From the IMG/VR virus record IMGVR_UViG_3300027708_000013: a DNA stretch of 64,000 bases. The stretch is one strand, 5' to 3'. The DNA is from a virus (taxonomy: Duplodnaviria; Caudoviricetes). The notes beneath the pieces were generated by a model, which searched no databases, was not told where the DNA came from, and saw nothing but the letters and a program-made list of their open reading frames with translations. The translations under genes and the position numbers were made by a program. Shown piece after piece: positions 47,370-57,198 of this stretch. Numbering within the stretch: position 1 is the first letter of the stretch; every line of letters begins with the position of its first letter.

Positions 47370-47705
47370 TTATTCGCCCATTACTTCCTGTGCAATAGCA
47401 CGAGCCTTAATGGCTTCTAAACTTGGCTTGGCAATTTTGGTCTTGGTTGACTTGACCACTGCTGAACCGTTGTACTTTTCATCAGCGGCATCAATCGCGG
47501 CACGATAATCTGCATTGGCATACAACTCAGTACCTTTTAAGAAAGTTACCAACTCGCCTTTGGTCATTGCTGAAGGCAAATCCATAAGATTGATATCGCT
47601 ATCAGTTTTTGCCAAGATTTTAACACGAGTCATGTCATTCGCAAAACGAACTTTGTACTGACCTTGAGTCTTGCTAACACCACCTACTTTGAACTGTTTG
47701 TCCAT
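47370..47705 (-). CDS. Early hypothetical protein
   Basis: AGGAG RBS; promoter TTGACC-17-TACAAT at 47765-47793. Confidence 0.7.
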   Translation of the reverse strand: MDKQFKVGGVSKTQGQYKVRFANDMTRVKILAKTDSDINLMDLPSAMTKGELVTFLKGTELYANADYRAAIDAADEKYNGSAVVKSTKTKIAKPSLEAIKARAIAQEVMGE

Positions 47706-47821
47706 TTTTTACTACTCCTATTTAAAAGTTGAAAATACAATACCAACACACTTGGTATATTCTAATTGTAGTTGATTTTGAATTATTGGTCAACTCGAAT
47801 TGGAATTTGGTTTGTCCGAAA

Positions 47822-47962
47822 TTATCTTAACCAAATATACAACGGACGGTCATCTTGTGATTCTACTGTAACTATTTCTACTTCTGGTTCCAGTTCCGGC
47901 AAATCTTCTTCATCCGCTTCACGCTGGTATTCGGGATCTTCGTAATTGTATGCAAATGTCAT
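47822..47962 (-). CDS. Small highly acidic protein (46 aa)
   Basis: MTFAYNYEDPEYQREADEEDLPELEPEVEIV...; GGAGG RBS. Confidence 0.55.
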   Translation of the reverse strand: MTFAYNYEDPEYQREADEEDLPELEPEVEIVTVESQDDRPLYIWLR

Positions 47963-48083
47963 TTCGATGCCTCCTTGGCCACTGCCTGTACTTTGTTGAC
48001 ACCGTTGTCAAACATTCTAGCAATGCCAGAAAACCCCACTGTGCAGACCACAATGCCCACCACTACACCTAGTATAAATTTAC

Positions 48084-48533
48084 TCACCATGCCTCCTCTG
48101 TATGCAACTTCATTAAAAGTTCTTGTTCTATTGCTTCATGTAACGGTGTAAAATCCCCACCTTGACTCACATACCAAATACCTGCATCATACAGGTAAAA
48201 GTACTCGCAACCGCTGAATTTAGAGATCCAGTCCTGTTCGTTGGGGTGAGTGCAGAATGTGTTTGCTTCATCACCATCTCTATTATAAAAGGTACACTCA
48301 GTACTAAAACCATCACTATCATTACCTGGCTTAAAGGTGAAGTCATGTTGCTCACCTATTGCCACACCTAAACTTGAGACATCGCCCATGCTGATCAACT
48401 TGTTCACCTTGGGACTGGCTTGGTAGTGACGGTCCAACAGTCGCCCCACATAACCTATGTATCCATCCCAATGACAGTACACTGCCTTGATCACTGTGCC
48501 ATGTCGAATGGCAATCGAACTTCTTGTACTCAT
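48084..48533 (-). CDS. Conserved phage hypothetical protein
   Basis: MSTRSSIAI...VYCHWDGY...EYFYLY. Confidence 0.7.
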   Translation of the reverse strand: MSTRSSIAIRHGTVIKAVYCHWDGYIGYVGRLLDRHYQASPKVNKLISMGDVSSLGVAIGEQHDFTFKPGNDSDGFSTECTFYNRDGDEANTFCTHPNEQDWISKFSGCEYFYLYDAGIWYVSQGGDFTPLHEAIEQELLMKLHTEEAW

Positions 48534-48776
48534 TCTTCAATCCTTCCCATGGCCACCACAAGTATCAGCACCAAGGCCGCTATTACAAATCCAAATCCGT
48601 ATACTAAAATTTCACTCATTGCACTGACTCCTGTAATATTAATTCAGCAAATCGAATGTCGGCCCAATGATTGACTGAACCATGATAAGGTTGGCCAGCT
48701 GATTCCAGTTCCTCCAATTTTTCTTGAGCCCAGGCACAGGCCTGAGTCTTGAGATCCCATATTCTTTGATCAAACA

Positions 48777-48962
48777 TTATGCACACTCCTGGTCTATGTC
48801 GTGTTGCACTATTGACATTGCAATGTTTAACTCCCCAGATGCTTTGCCGAGAGTATGCCTCAACGCTGTGTTATAGTGCTGGGGATACTGTCTGGCCAGT
48901 TCCAACCGAAGTGTGTGGAGTTGCTCCTTGACAGCCTCTATCTTGTTGTACATTTCAATCAT
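48777..48962 (-). CDS. Small hypothetical protein
   Basis: 61 aa ORF with GGAGG RBS. Confidence 0.55.
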   Translation of the reverse strand: MIEMYNKIEAVKEQLHTLRLELARQYPQHYNTALRHTLGKASGELNIAMSIVQHDIDQECA

Positions 48963-49234
48963 ACTGCCTCCAACATGTTGCCAGGTACACGGTACACGCC
49001 CATTGGTGTGCGAACGTTGATGTATTTCACTGCAACTTTTTCCACAGTGCCTTGATAAGTTCTGCCGTCTCGGTTGCTGGTAAATTTTACCAAGTCGCCC
49101 CTCATGAATGCACGAACATTTCTACGAGTGAGTTGAGTCCGTGCATATTTCAGTGCTTCAACTATCACATCCAGGTCAGCGTTTTCAAATTGTCCGCTGA
49201 GTAATGCCGATCTAATGTCTGATACTGTTGTCAT
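48959..49234 (-). CDS. Small SH3/KOW-like protein
   Basis: GDLVKF...YQGTVEKV...YRVPGNML. Confidence 0.6.
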   Translation of the reverse strand: MTTVSDIRSALLSGQFENADLDVIVEALKYARTQLTRRNVRAFMRGDLVKFTSNRDGRTYQGTVEKVAVKYINVRTPMGVYRVPGNMLEAV

Positions 49235-49243
49235 ATCTGCTCC

Positions 49244-49516
49244 TTAAGAATAAAAAGATTCATTAAAATTTAATGCTGAATAAACTGCTTCACGTACTGC
49301 TGTGTCTGTGGCTTCGTTGGCTGTTTTAGGATGAGCTTGAGCCAAAAGAATTAAATGACGTTGCACAGTGTTCCAATCCCAGGCTTGTTTTTCTGCCGCC
49401 TGCACCACACCATGTACCAATTGATTGCCACGATGCGAAAACATGGCATAGTCCGGAACAGGGTTGACGCCTAGTGGAGTCATGCCCGATAATGCTGATG
49501 TTTGTGGTGTTTTCAT
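49244..49516 (-). CDS. Hypothetical protein
   Basis: 90 aa ORF with AGGAG RBS. Confidence 0.6.
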   Translation of the reverse strand: MKTPQTSALSGMTPLGVNPVPDYAMFSHRGNQLVHGVVQAAEKQAWDWNTVQRHLILLAQAHPKTANEATDTAVREAVYSALNFNESFYS

Positions 49517-49714
49517 ATTATAACTGCTCCTTGATGTTGGAAATCATGGCACGAATACGTTGATAGTCAGATTCTTCTCTACGTTTGCTGACCAATGCTT
49601 GGTTGGCTAAATCTTCACGCAAGGCCTCTAAAACCAATTCCGCTTGACGCGGGGTTAAATCTAATACAACTCTTTTTGCTATCATTTCAATTCCTTTTTA
49701 TTAACAATACAACT

Positions 49715-49750
49715 AGTATAAACTATAGTGAATTCTGGGTCAACCAAAAA
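49715..49750 (-). promoter_or_regulatory. sigma70 promoter with operator-like palindrome
   Basis: TTGACC-17-TATACT; AATTCTGG-GTCAA-CCAAAAAT. Confidence 0.75.
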
Positions 49751-49761
49751 TTGTTGCGTAT

Positions 49762-49989
49762 TTACAACAGTTTTATCAGTAATCCCACGGTGTAAATCAT
49801 CAATAATCCAGCATTTACTGTGATCATTGCTCTATCACGTATTAAAATGCTCCAGATCAAGAATAAAAAACTGCCCAAATTCAGCACAAGGGCCGAGGCA
49901 GGATAAATGTTTAGACTGGCCAACACAGCACCTGTTAAGGTAACTGCTGTGGCAGTCCATTTGATAGTTGTTGCAATGTTTGATTTCAT
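49762..49989 (-). CDS. Small three-TM membrane protein
   Basis: Hydrophobic 75 aa ORF, ATG 6 nt after -10. Confidence 0.7.
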   Translation of the reverse strand: MKSNIATTIKWTATAVTLTGAVLASLNIYPASALVLNLGSFLFLIWSILIRDRAMITVNAGLLMIYTVGLLIKLL

Positions 49990-49995
49990 ACTGCT

Positions 49996-50032
49996 ATTAT
50001 AGCAGTTGGGGAATTATGGGTCAACCAAAATT
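49996..50032 (-). promoter_or_regulatory. sigma70 promoter with operator-like palindrome
   Basis: TTGACC-17-TATAAT; near-identical to 58016-58050. Confidence 0.8.
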
Positions 50033-52170
50033 TACATTGTAAACAAGGGTCCGGACAGCACACGGGCACTGTCTTCCACACGTAAGTGACGGTTCAAGTT
50101 TTCAATGAACTTGTCTGTCATGTCTCGATTTCTATAGTATCTTGGGAATATGTGTACTTCAACAGCATCATCGCCTTCCAACTGCAACACCGCTGTCATT
50201 CTATTTCTTCCTTCATGCTGACTCACCTGTGCAGGTTCTGAGAAATCGCCCTGACTCCATGCATCGGGAATGTCCACTGTTAAAAATGGCGAAGCAATGG
50301 CTCCACCGTCGGCAATGTATCGCATGATGGTGGATCGATGGAAATCATTCAAGGGAGCTGCTAACTTCAAGAACACACTGGGTCGCATTTTGACACGCAG
50401 GCCAAAATAGTCCACCTCCATGTTGTGTGGTACAACACCGGCGCCACTGTTGTTGTCAATAACAACTTCGTTGACTGTATTGCTTTGTGATATACGAAAT
50501 ATCGAATACAATATGGGATAGTCATCACTGCCTGTTATGCCTTGTTTGATAGGCTGACCACCGTTTTCTCTAGCAACAAAATCGGCAAACACCTGTTGGA
50601 AAACTTTTTCTGGATCTTCTTGGTAATCACTGCTGGTTTGACAGTCATCTGTAAATCCTTCAAAATGCACACGATATTCACCAAATTCTTCAACTCCAAC
50701 GTCATCGGGAGTAAGCTCGCCAATGAACTCTTCAATTTCCTTCCAATCCATGGTGGATTCTGTTATTTCCTCATCTCCATCAACATCTTCTCTACCTGTG
50801 ACATGTATGTCTCTAGCATGGAATGGAATCCAATCTCCCAGTCTGGGATCATGGATGCTGTCGTAGCCTTGTTCGATCAGACTTGCATATTTTTGCAACA
50901 TATCGTTTGGCTCATCTTTGCCCTTGACAATCACATAGGGATTTTTACATGTCAATGTGGCACTGTATACATAACCATCAGCACCACCTTGTGTGGCATA
51001 GTACTCAGCAGTGTCTCGATCTTCGGTCCACCACATGGGTGTGATTAATTCTCTATGTATGCCACCTTGGTTGCCGTGATACACTGTGACCGGGGCAACT
51101 GCTTGTTCGTTCAACTGCATCTGTTTGGCCACCGCAGTAGCCCGTTCCACGTCCTGCATGTCAAAGGGCTTGAGTTCACCACGCCATATCAGTCGTTTGA
51201 TTTCAGCCCAGTCCATGTCAACAAATTGTGTATCTTCCACACCAACCTCATTGGGGCCCACTAGTTGTTGTTCTGAATCAAATCTTCCTCGACAATCGTA
51301 AGCGGCACCATCGGGAGCCACTGCATACACATGGTCAACTCTATAGTCGTCATCGTCTTCGGCATCTTCATCCCAACCTATGTGGGCACGTAGTTGCCAG
51401 TCTGGGTGTATTCTTTTCAATGCCAGAGCCATCACATGGCAGTGACCCCTCATGTAGTCTTGTTTAGATTCCTTCAGGCTCAATGCTGAATCCTGTTGAT
51501 TTAAATAGGCTTGGTTGAGCTGATCTAAATAACCTTGATTGCGTAGTATTTTAAATGCTAGATTCTCAACACCAAATTCTCCTTCACGGTCCAGGCCCGA
51601 TCTACGCATGATGCGAAGTCGATCTCTAATACGTTTTAAATCCGCAGGATCATCTGCTGTGGCAATGGCCACTGTGATTTGTTTGATGAGATCGGTCACT
51701 TTGGCATTCACTGCTGTGTTGTTGATTGTAGGTGGATTGTATTCAGGTTCTTTGATCCAAGCATCGTTGAGTAAACTGTATACTCCGCCCGACACCGGTG
51801 GGGTGGCTGTATCTTCTATGTACAATTCCACTTCATGTCCACGTATGGAGATGTCGTGTTGATTGTTCCAGATATCTTTTTTGGCACGGTATAATGCTTC
51901 TGCAACATCGTCACATTGCAAGTCATTATAGTTGGTGACCACATGCAGGTCAAAGTCCGAATATTGTGTATAGTTGTAGTTGGCCATACTGCCGGTCAAC
52001 ACTATGTCCTGCACTTCAAAGTTGGGTATTTCTAAATAATGTTCAAATATTTCTGCAATCTTCAACAGGTGTTCACGCACTTCGGGTCTTAGATCATTGC
52101 CACGCCAGGCCACTGGGTTCAACTGTTGATGATAGGCTATGTTGCGTTTGACGAAATCTCGAGCTCGCAT
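50032..52170 (-). CDS. Multi-domain (polyvalent) protein: Pol-beta nucleotidyltransferase, Cys/His domain, ADP-ribosyltransferase-like domain, acidic domain, ParB-like domain
   Basis: TGS...SDFDLHV; GHC..MA...HV; VYHG...WWTEDRDTAEYYA...VY; HEGRNRMTA. Confidence 0.7.
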   Translation of the reverse strand: MRARDFVKRNIAYHQQLNPVAWRGNDLRPEVREHLLKIAEIFEHYLEIPNFEVQDIVLTGSMANYNYTQYSDFDLHVVTNYNDLQCDDVAEALYRAKKDIWNNQHDISIRGHEVELYIEDTATPPVSGGVYSLLNDAWIKEPEYNPPTINNTAVNAKVTDLIKQITVAIATADDPADLKRIRDRLRIMRRSGLDREGEFGVENLAFKILRNQGYLDQLNQAYLNQQDSALSLKESKQDYMRGHCHVMALALKRIHPDWQLRAHIGWDEDAEDDDDYRVDHVYAVAPDGAAYDCRGRFDSEQQLVGPNEVGVEDTQFVDMDWAEIKRLIWRGELKPFDMQDVERATAVAKQMQLNEQAVAPVTVYHGNQGGIHRELITPMWWTEDRDTAEYYATQGGADGYVYSATLTCKNPYVIVKGKDEPNDMLQKYASLIEQGYDSIHDPRLGDWIPFHARDIHVTGREDVDGDEEITESTMDWKEIEEFIGELTPDDVGVEEFGEYRVHFEGFTDDCQTSSDYQEDPEKVFQQVFADFVARENGGQPIKQGITGSDDYPILYSIFRISQSNTVNEVVIDNNSGAGVVPHNMEVDYFGLRVKMRPSVFLKLAAPLNDFHRSTIMRYIADGGAIASPFLTVDIPDAWSQGDFSEPAQVSQHEGRNRMTAVLQLEGDDAVEVHIFPRYYRNRDMTDKFIENLNRHLRVEDSARVLSGPLFTM

Positions 52171-52889
52171 TATTGACCTAAATTAAATCGCATGCCAGTG
52201 GCTTGTTCCACTGCAGACACAGGTACTTGATAATTGGGCCAACTGGTTGCTGGAACAATCGGTGCATTTGGCATCAGGTATGCTTGTACCTGGCCGCTGT
52301 TCTTTTCAATGATGATCTTATACAAACGTGTGGGAATTCCTAAGCCATTGCCCACCGTAGGATGATCTTGATCAAATACACCACCGGAGATGATGTAGAA
52401 ATCTGTGCCCGGAGTCATGGCCCATTGGCGTTCAGCTGTTTCCAGCAAGCGCCATCCACCTCTGTTGTTGTTTGCATTTTGAGCCACCATGTTTGATAAG
52501 TTAAAACTCTCTGACATGATGGCATCGTTTTGTGTGTTGTTACCAGCCGGCGCCATGTGTCCTCTATCATGTGTCTTGCCAACCACAGCATAGTCGGCCA
52601 GGCTGGCACTGCATTCCGGAGTCACTGCGGCATCGGGGTGGAAGTTATCTCGACGTTTTGCTGGACCGGTCATTGCGGCTATGGTTAAATGCTCAAACAC
52701 TGCTATGGGGGCCTTGACACTACAACGATGGATCACAGCATAGTTCATGTGGCAAATTTCTTGATCTCCGGGCTGTGCTCGATATTGCGGAGTTCCGTTC
52801 ACAGTGAACTGCGGGCATTGGGCATTGATCTGTGCTTGCGCCAGTCCTGTTGCAACTAGTAAAACAAGTGCTAATAAAAACTTTTTCAT
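52170..52889 (-). CDS. DNA/RNA non-specific endonuclease (NucA type) with signal peptide
   Basis: DRGHMAPA, NMVAQ, NNRGGW, GIPTRLYK. Confidence 0.92.
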   Translation of the reverse strand: MKKFLLALVLLVATGLAQAQINAQCPQFTVNGTPQYRAQPGDQEICHMNYAVIHRCSVKAPIAVFEHLTIAAMTGPAKRRDNFHPDAAVTPECSASLADYAVVGKTHDRGHMAPAGNNTQNDAIMSESFNLSNMVAQNANNNRGGWRLLETAERQWAMTPGTDFYIISGGVFDQDHPTVGNGLGIPTRLYKIIIEKNSGQVQAYLMPNAPIVPATSWPNYQVPVSAVEQATGMRFNLGQ

Positions 52890-52898
52890 TGACGGTCC

Positions 52899-54044
52899 TT
52901 AGTGAAACATTAAAAAACTATTGACGACATCTCGGCGATTTGCAGCTCTGTCACCGTGGCCTGACGGATATATCACCACGTTCCACCGAGGTGTATCTCC
53001 GGGCGGGATCTGTAGCATTTGATCGTAACTGATAATGGTGTCAGCATCAACATGATAGGTGGTGGCCAAGCGTTGTTTTAATGTCGCCCAACCACCGGGT
53101 TTAAACTGTGTACGACCTTCAGCATCTTTAATAGCCTTGCCCTTGGGGTCAACAACAATTAAATCTCTAAACAAGTCTCTACTAATTGTAGGTGCGTTCT
53201 TTACTGTATTGCCGGCGGCCTTGTGAAACTCCACACGTTTTTCTTCACCGCGTTTGGCTCCGCCTGAGAAGTTGATGATGAAATTGTTGGGTTTATCTCC
53301 AGTGGCCACCGAAGCAATTTTAGTATAGGCATAGAACTTGACTTCAGGATTGCTTCGTGCTACACCGTAGGCCAATTCCAAATATTTTTTACTGAAGAAG
53401 TCGCCGGCATCATGCCAACGTATTACTAGTTGTATGCCAAGCCGGTCAGTTTTGGCTTTGATTGTTTTGATTTCACCGTTGAGCATGTCAGTATAGCCCT
53501 TGGCGTCGTTCACTAGGAAGTTCAAGGCCTGTGCTGCACTCATGCTGGAAGCTGGGAACATGGTGTACCCGCCCTTGCGAGCATAGCAGAACAGCTGACA
53601 AGCACCGGCTCCGGGACAGGTGTTGATTTCTACAAAGTCTCCAGTCTCCTCGTTCACTACAATACCGCTTAGTGCCGGTAGTGTGAGATCATAAACAATC
53701 TCGCCTTCGGTGGCGGATTTTTTCATTTTGTAATTGGTGCCCAGGATGGCTTTGGGCCTACGTGTGATCTGTTGTGCTAGATCATCCAAGTCCCATTCAG
53801 TACCAGCTTCGTCTTTGGTAATAGCCTTGATGTTGCTGGCATGAATAGTGGGTTTGAATTTGTCTTGTTTGGTTTTAGTACCTGTTTTAATTCTGTCAGC
53901 GTAGCCTTGTAGCTCACTGCGTGGTATCACCTTGTGTGGAGCATCAAGCCCTATGGCTTCATCAACTTCGTTGTCAACATGCACTACCCGAACTGGAAAT
54001 CCACCCAGTGTGGTGGATTCAGTAACAAATTCATATAATCTCAT
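52899..54044 (-). CDS. Phage gp88-like protein (Cys cluster, radical-SAM-related)
   Basis: TCPGAGACQLFCYA, IRWHDAGDF, YAYTK. Confidence 0.7.
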   Translation of the reverse strand: MRLYEFVTESTTLGGFPVRVVHVDNEVDEAIGLDAPHKVIPRSELQGYADRIKTGTKTKQDKFKPTIHASNIKAITKDEAGTEWDLDDLAQQITRRPKAILGTNYKMKKSATEGEIVYDLTLPALSGIVVNEETGDFVEINTCPGAGACQLFCYARKGGYTMFPASSMSAAQALNFLVNDAKGYTDMLNGEIKTIKAKTDRLGIQLVIRWHDAGDFFSKKYLELAYGVARSNPEVKFYAYTKIASVATGDKPNNFIINFSGGAKRGEEKRVEFHKAAGNTVKNAPTISRDLFRDLIVVDPKGKAIKDAEGRTQFKPGGWATLKQRLATTYHVDADTIISYDQMLQIPPGDTPRWNVVIYPSGHGDRAANRRDVVNSFLMFH

Positions 54045-54255
54045 TGCAATCGTTCCTAAATATATTAGTATTTAGTTGATTGCACACAACTGAGGATTGA
54101 TATTACCGTCGGAATTGGCCCGGATAGTTTAGACGTTGCCACTCTTCATCAGTGACAGGCCACCAGTTATTTGACACGATATTTTTTTGTAAGTTCATAG
54201 TCGACTCTTGCACGGCGAGCTTCTCTAATAGCAGAGAATAAAATAGTTAAAAATT

Positions 54256-54414
54256 TCATAATTTTAATCCTCCTGAACGATTTTCGTATTCACGTGTCCA
54301 ACGTTCAATGTCGGCGGTTGAGTTGGGGTTTTTGCTGATTATAAATGTTTCTAATGCTGATTTAGATTGGCCCGTGCTTAACAAGCGATCTAACCATTTC
54401 AATAATTGTGTCAT
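54256..54414 (-). CDS. Small hypothetical protein
   Basis: MTQLLKWLDRLL...DIERWTREYE; AAAGG RBS. Confidence 0.55.
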   Translation of the reverse strand: MTQLLKWLDRLLSTGQSKSALETFIISKNPNSTADIERWTREYENRSGGLKL

Positions 54415-54475
54415 TGCTTTTCCTTTGTTGGTAGTTGTATTTATCTCAGTAGAAACCATGAGATATATTACACGT

Positions 54476-54970
54476 TTAACATTTGGAAAAGTCTTGATGT
54501 CGAAACCAACGTTTTTGTCCAAAGCTGGTTTTCAGAGTGAGACCGTAGTGTGCAAACTGCTCACGCCAGGCAAAAAAGCTGGGTCCATGTCCGCCTGACA
54601 GTTGATACATCTCTCTACCATGCGAGTCTAAATGTTCCCATCGATATACGTCCCACTGATATTGGTGCACCATTTCGTGTGCCAGAGTATTCATGAACCA
54701 CTGCTGGCAAAACCATTTGTCACTGATTTCTATCTTGCAATAACTACCCGACGGCTGTTGGTCCAGCCACTCGCAACAGCCCCAGATTTTTTTAACTCTG
54801 TGTTGTATTATCTCGGGTCTAGTCAATTGATTGTCAAAGCAGTATCTGTTGAGTATTCTATAGGCATACAACACGTCTTCATCTGTGGGACGAAAACTTT
54901 TACGCCGTTGGTAGGTGATACCAGGAAGTGGTTGTTCCATTATACGTCGTATGGGATTGGGTCTTGCCAT
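54476..54970 (-). CDS. SprT-like zinc metalloprotease
   Basis: LAHEMVHQYQ and HGPSF motifs. Confidence 0.85.
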   Translation of the reverse strand: MARPNPIRRIMEQPLPGITYQRRKSFRPTDEDVLYAYRILNRYCFDNQLTRPEIIQHRVKKIWGCCEWLDQQPSGSYCKIEISDKWFCQQWFMNTLAHEMVHQYQWDVYRWEHLDSHGREMYQLSGGHGPSFFAWREQFAHYGLTLKTSFGQKRWFRHQDFSKC

Positions 54971-55038
54971 AGAAATGCCCCTAACAAAGTATTTATTCTA
55001 CACTTTATTAAAGGCAAATTACAGCACAAGCGGCACAA

Positions 55039-55650
55039 TTACTGCTTGTTTTTATCCATTTCTTGGAATTCTGCATCAAATCTAGCAGCAGTTTCTCGAA
55101 CCATTCGAATCTGATCACGGGCTCTGGCACGGTTGTTGGCATCACCCAAGGGCAGTGCTACCAGTACATATTGGTTAAATCTTGCACCGTTGGGTATAGT
55201 TTCAGATTCTACCACTTCTGCACCGGTTATATCCAAACTGGGGCAACGAGTTCTCGTGGCCTTGGTGCTTTGACTGTTGGAATCACCGTTGCGATCAATG
55301 GTGTAGTTTTTGAACTGACTTTCAGTCTGGGCACCGGCTCCCATGCATAGTTGACTGTAGGCTTCGTTTTCTGCAATGCTCATGGCCATCATCATGTTGT
55401 TGCTGGTGGCAAATCCCACGCCATACACCACATCTGCGTTGTTTTTGGGACGTTTAGTGAACCAGCTGGGTGCCTGTCGAATAGTGGTTTTGACTGTTTG
55501 AGCCTGGCGCTCACGCTCTTGGTTGGCACGTTGTTGATATGGATCTACAGAACTGCATGCCGACAACAATAAGGCTATACTGGTTGCTAATACTAATTTT
55601 TTCATACTATACCTTTCGGTTTGGTTAAAGTTAAAAACAGTGTAACACAA
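55039..55650 (-). CDS. Lipoprotein (LPP20-like)
   Basis: MKK...LLSAC lipobox; true start probably MKKLV. Confidence 0.65.
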   Translation of the reverse strand: MCYTVFNFNQTERYSMKKLVLATSIALLLSACSSVDPYQQRANQERERQAQTVKTTIRQAPSWFTKRPKNNADVVYGVGFATSNNMMMAMSIAENEAYSQLCMGAGAQTESQFKNYTIDRNGDSNSQSTKATRTRCPSLDITGAEVVESETIPNGARFNQYVLVALPLGDANNRARARDQIRMVRETAARFDAEFQEMDKNKQ

Positions 55651-56025
55651 TTATCGTTGTTTGTCAAATTCTAATTCCCAACGATTGATATACTGACCGG
55701 GTCTTGTTCCATCATTGCAAACTCGTGCTTGGCTGGCAGTGCCATTGAAGTTTTCCTGCACCACTACACAATCTGCAGGCTTGATGTCTCGCTTGGGGTC
55801 ACAACTGCCACGCAACATCAATAAATCGTTGTGTAATATAGCACGTTTTGGCCTATCCCAAAAAGGAACATTGGCCAACTGTTGGCGGATCGTAGCCTCT
55901 TGTCTGCATCCGGTGCTCATGTAGTTTAAGTCATTAAAATCCATTGTGGTGCTTTTGGGACTGGTTAATCCACAGGCCGTGAGCAACACTGTGGAGGATA
56001 GGATCACAAGTAGTTTCATTGGCAA
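55651..56025 (-). CDS. Putative lipoprotein
   Basis: LLTAC lipobox. Confidence 0.6.
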   Translation of the reverse strand: MPMKLLVILSSTVLLTACGLTSPKSTTMDFNDLNYMSTGCRQEATIRQQLANVPFWDRPKRAILHNDLLMLRGSCDPKRDIKPADCVVVQENFNGTASQARVCNDGTRPGQYINRWELEFDKQR

Positions 56026-56273
56026 TAGTACCTTAATCTTTGTATGTACTGGTCAATGGTGCGATCATACAATTCAAGATCATCACCGGGTTGAACAGGG
56101 TGTTTTTTAAGTTCTGTAAGATATCTCATGTGCATGATTCGGTTGGCACAGTCCGGGTTGGGTCCATATATAGTTCCAAATGTTTCTTCATATGCAGGCC
56201 TGGGTGTAGGCAAAAATTCCGGCAATTGGCAAATCAACGGACTCATTAACATAGCGAGTATTCCGCAGATCAT
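56016..56273 (-). CDS. Hypothetical protein
   Basis: 85 aa ORF with spaced cysteines. Confidence 0.5.
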   Translation of the reverse strand: MICGILAMLMSPLICQLPEFLPTPRPAYEETFGTIYGPNPDCANRIMHMRYLTELKKHPVQPGDDLELYDRTIDQYIQRLRYYCQ

Positions 56274-56460
56274 GACTGCTTATGAAATGTCACAGTTTGA
56301 CGGATCACCTGACGAGCTGTGGGCTCATCTACTCCTGCATTACGTTGCACATATCGCACCGCATCTCTTGTGTTGAACTGCAACTGAAATACTGCTTCAT
56401 TGGCCATGCGTTCCGCTCTACTCATTTTACCGCTCCTTTGGTTCAACTACATTAAAAAAA

Positions 56461-56841
56461 TTATTGTGGTGCTCGTTCTAACCTACGAGCAAGATGTCTT
56501 TGCCAACTGGCATCTAGATCCGGCCTACGCAACATACCGCCTATCGCTCGTTCAGCCGACCCTGTACTTTCCATGGTGTCCGGCAGTTCATAAAAATTGT
56601 ATCGCACACTCCATCTGGGTGCATTGGTTCTAACAGCATCAATTTCATGTAGTACAGGCAGTCGTTGCCATTGAGTCGTCAACTGCTCTAGCACTGTGTC
56701 CCAAAATGTTTGACTCCAAACAGTCTTGGCTCGGCTTCTAGCGGATCTGGCCAAATCTAGTCTATGTCCCAGAGTGTCTAATTCTTGTTCTAAATATCTG
56801 TAGTCTTTGAGATCATGATGCACAATTGTGATAGGAGTCAT
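56461..56841 (-). CDS. Hypothetical protein
   Basis: 126 aa ORF. Confidence 0.6.
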   Translation of the reverse strand: MTPITIVHHDLKDYRYLEQELDTLGHRLDLARSARSRAKTVWSQTFWDTVLEQLTTQWQRLPVLHEIDAVRTNAPRWSVRYNFYELPDTMESTGSAERAIGGMLRRPDLDASWQRHLARRLERAPQ

Positions 56842-56858
56842 ATTACAATTCTAGTAGG

Positions 56859-57119
56859 TTAGTTAACGGGATTATCATTTATAAATTGGGCCTGGGCAAG
56901 GAAATGGTTAATTTCGTGTTGCACCAGCCATACATGCTTTTTCAGTGCTTCTTCCACTGTGGCCCACCGTCCTAGGATTTCTCCTTCGCCGGATTCTGTC
57001 CTAAACACACCGGTTTCGTAGGGCAATCCTGTGTGGAAACTGCCAAGATGTACTGTACTGATCTTGAGTTCACCTATGACTGTAACTGCTACTGGTTTGG
57101 GTAAGGAGTATTCTGACAT
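56859..57119 (-). CDS. Hypothetical protein
   Basis: ISTV...YETGVF motif; AAGGA RBS. Confidence 0.6.
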   Translation of the reverse strand: MSEYSLPKPVAVTVIGELKISTVHLGSFHTGLPYETGVFRTESGEGEILGRWATVEEALKKHVWLVQHEINHFLAQAQFINDNPVN

Positions 57120-57198
57120 ATTATTTCCTTATCGTTTCAAAAAGAGAATGGCTAATACAACACCCAATATTATTTGTAACATTAATTCGTTTGACATA

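Noticed and set aside
47096-47376. RNase P RNA
   Set aside because: Only partial motifs are present (GAGGAAACTACGGG on minus; AAGTCC and CCGGCTTAT on plus, the latter overlapping an ORF stop). P1/P4 pairings could not be completed, so it is left as an unknown RNA.
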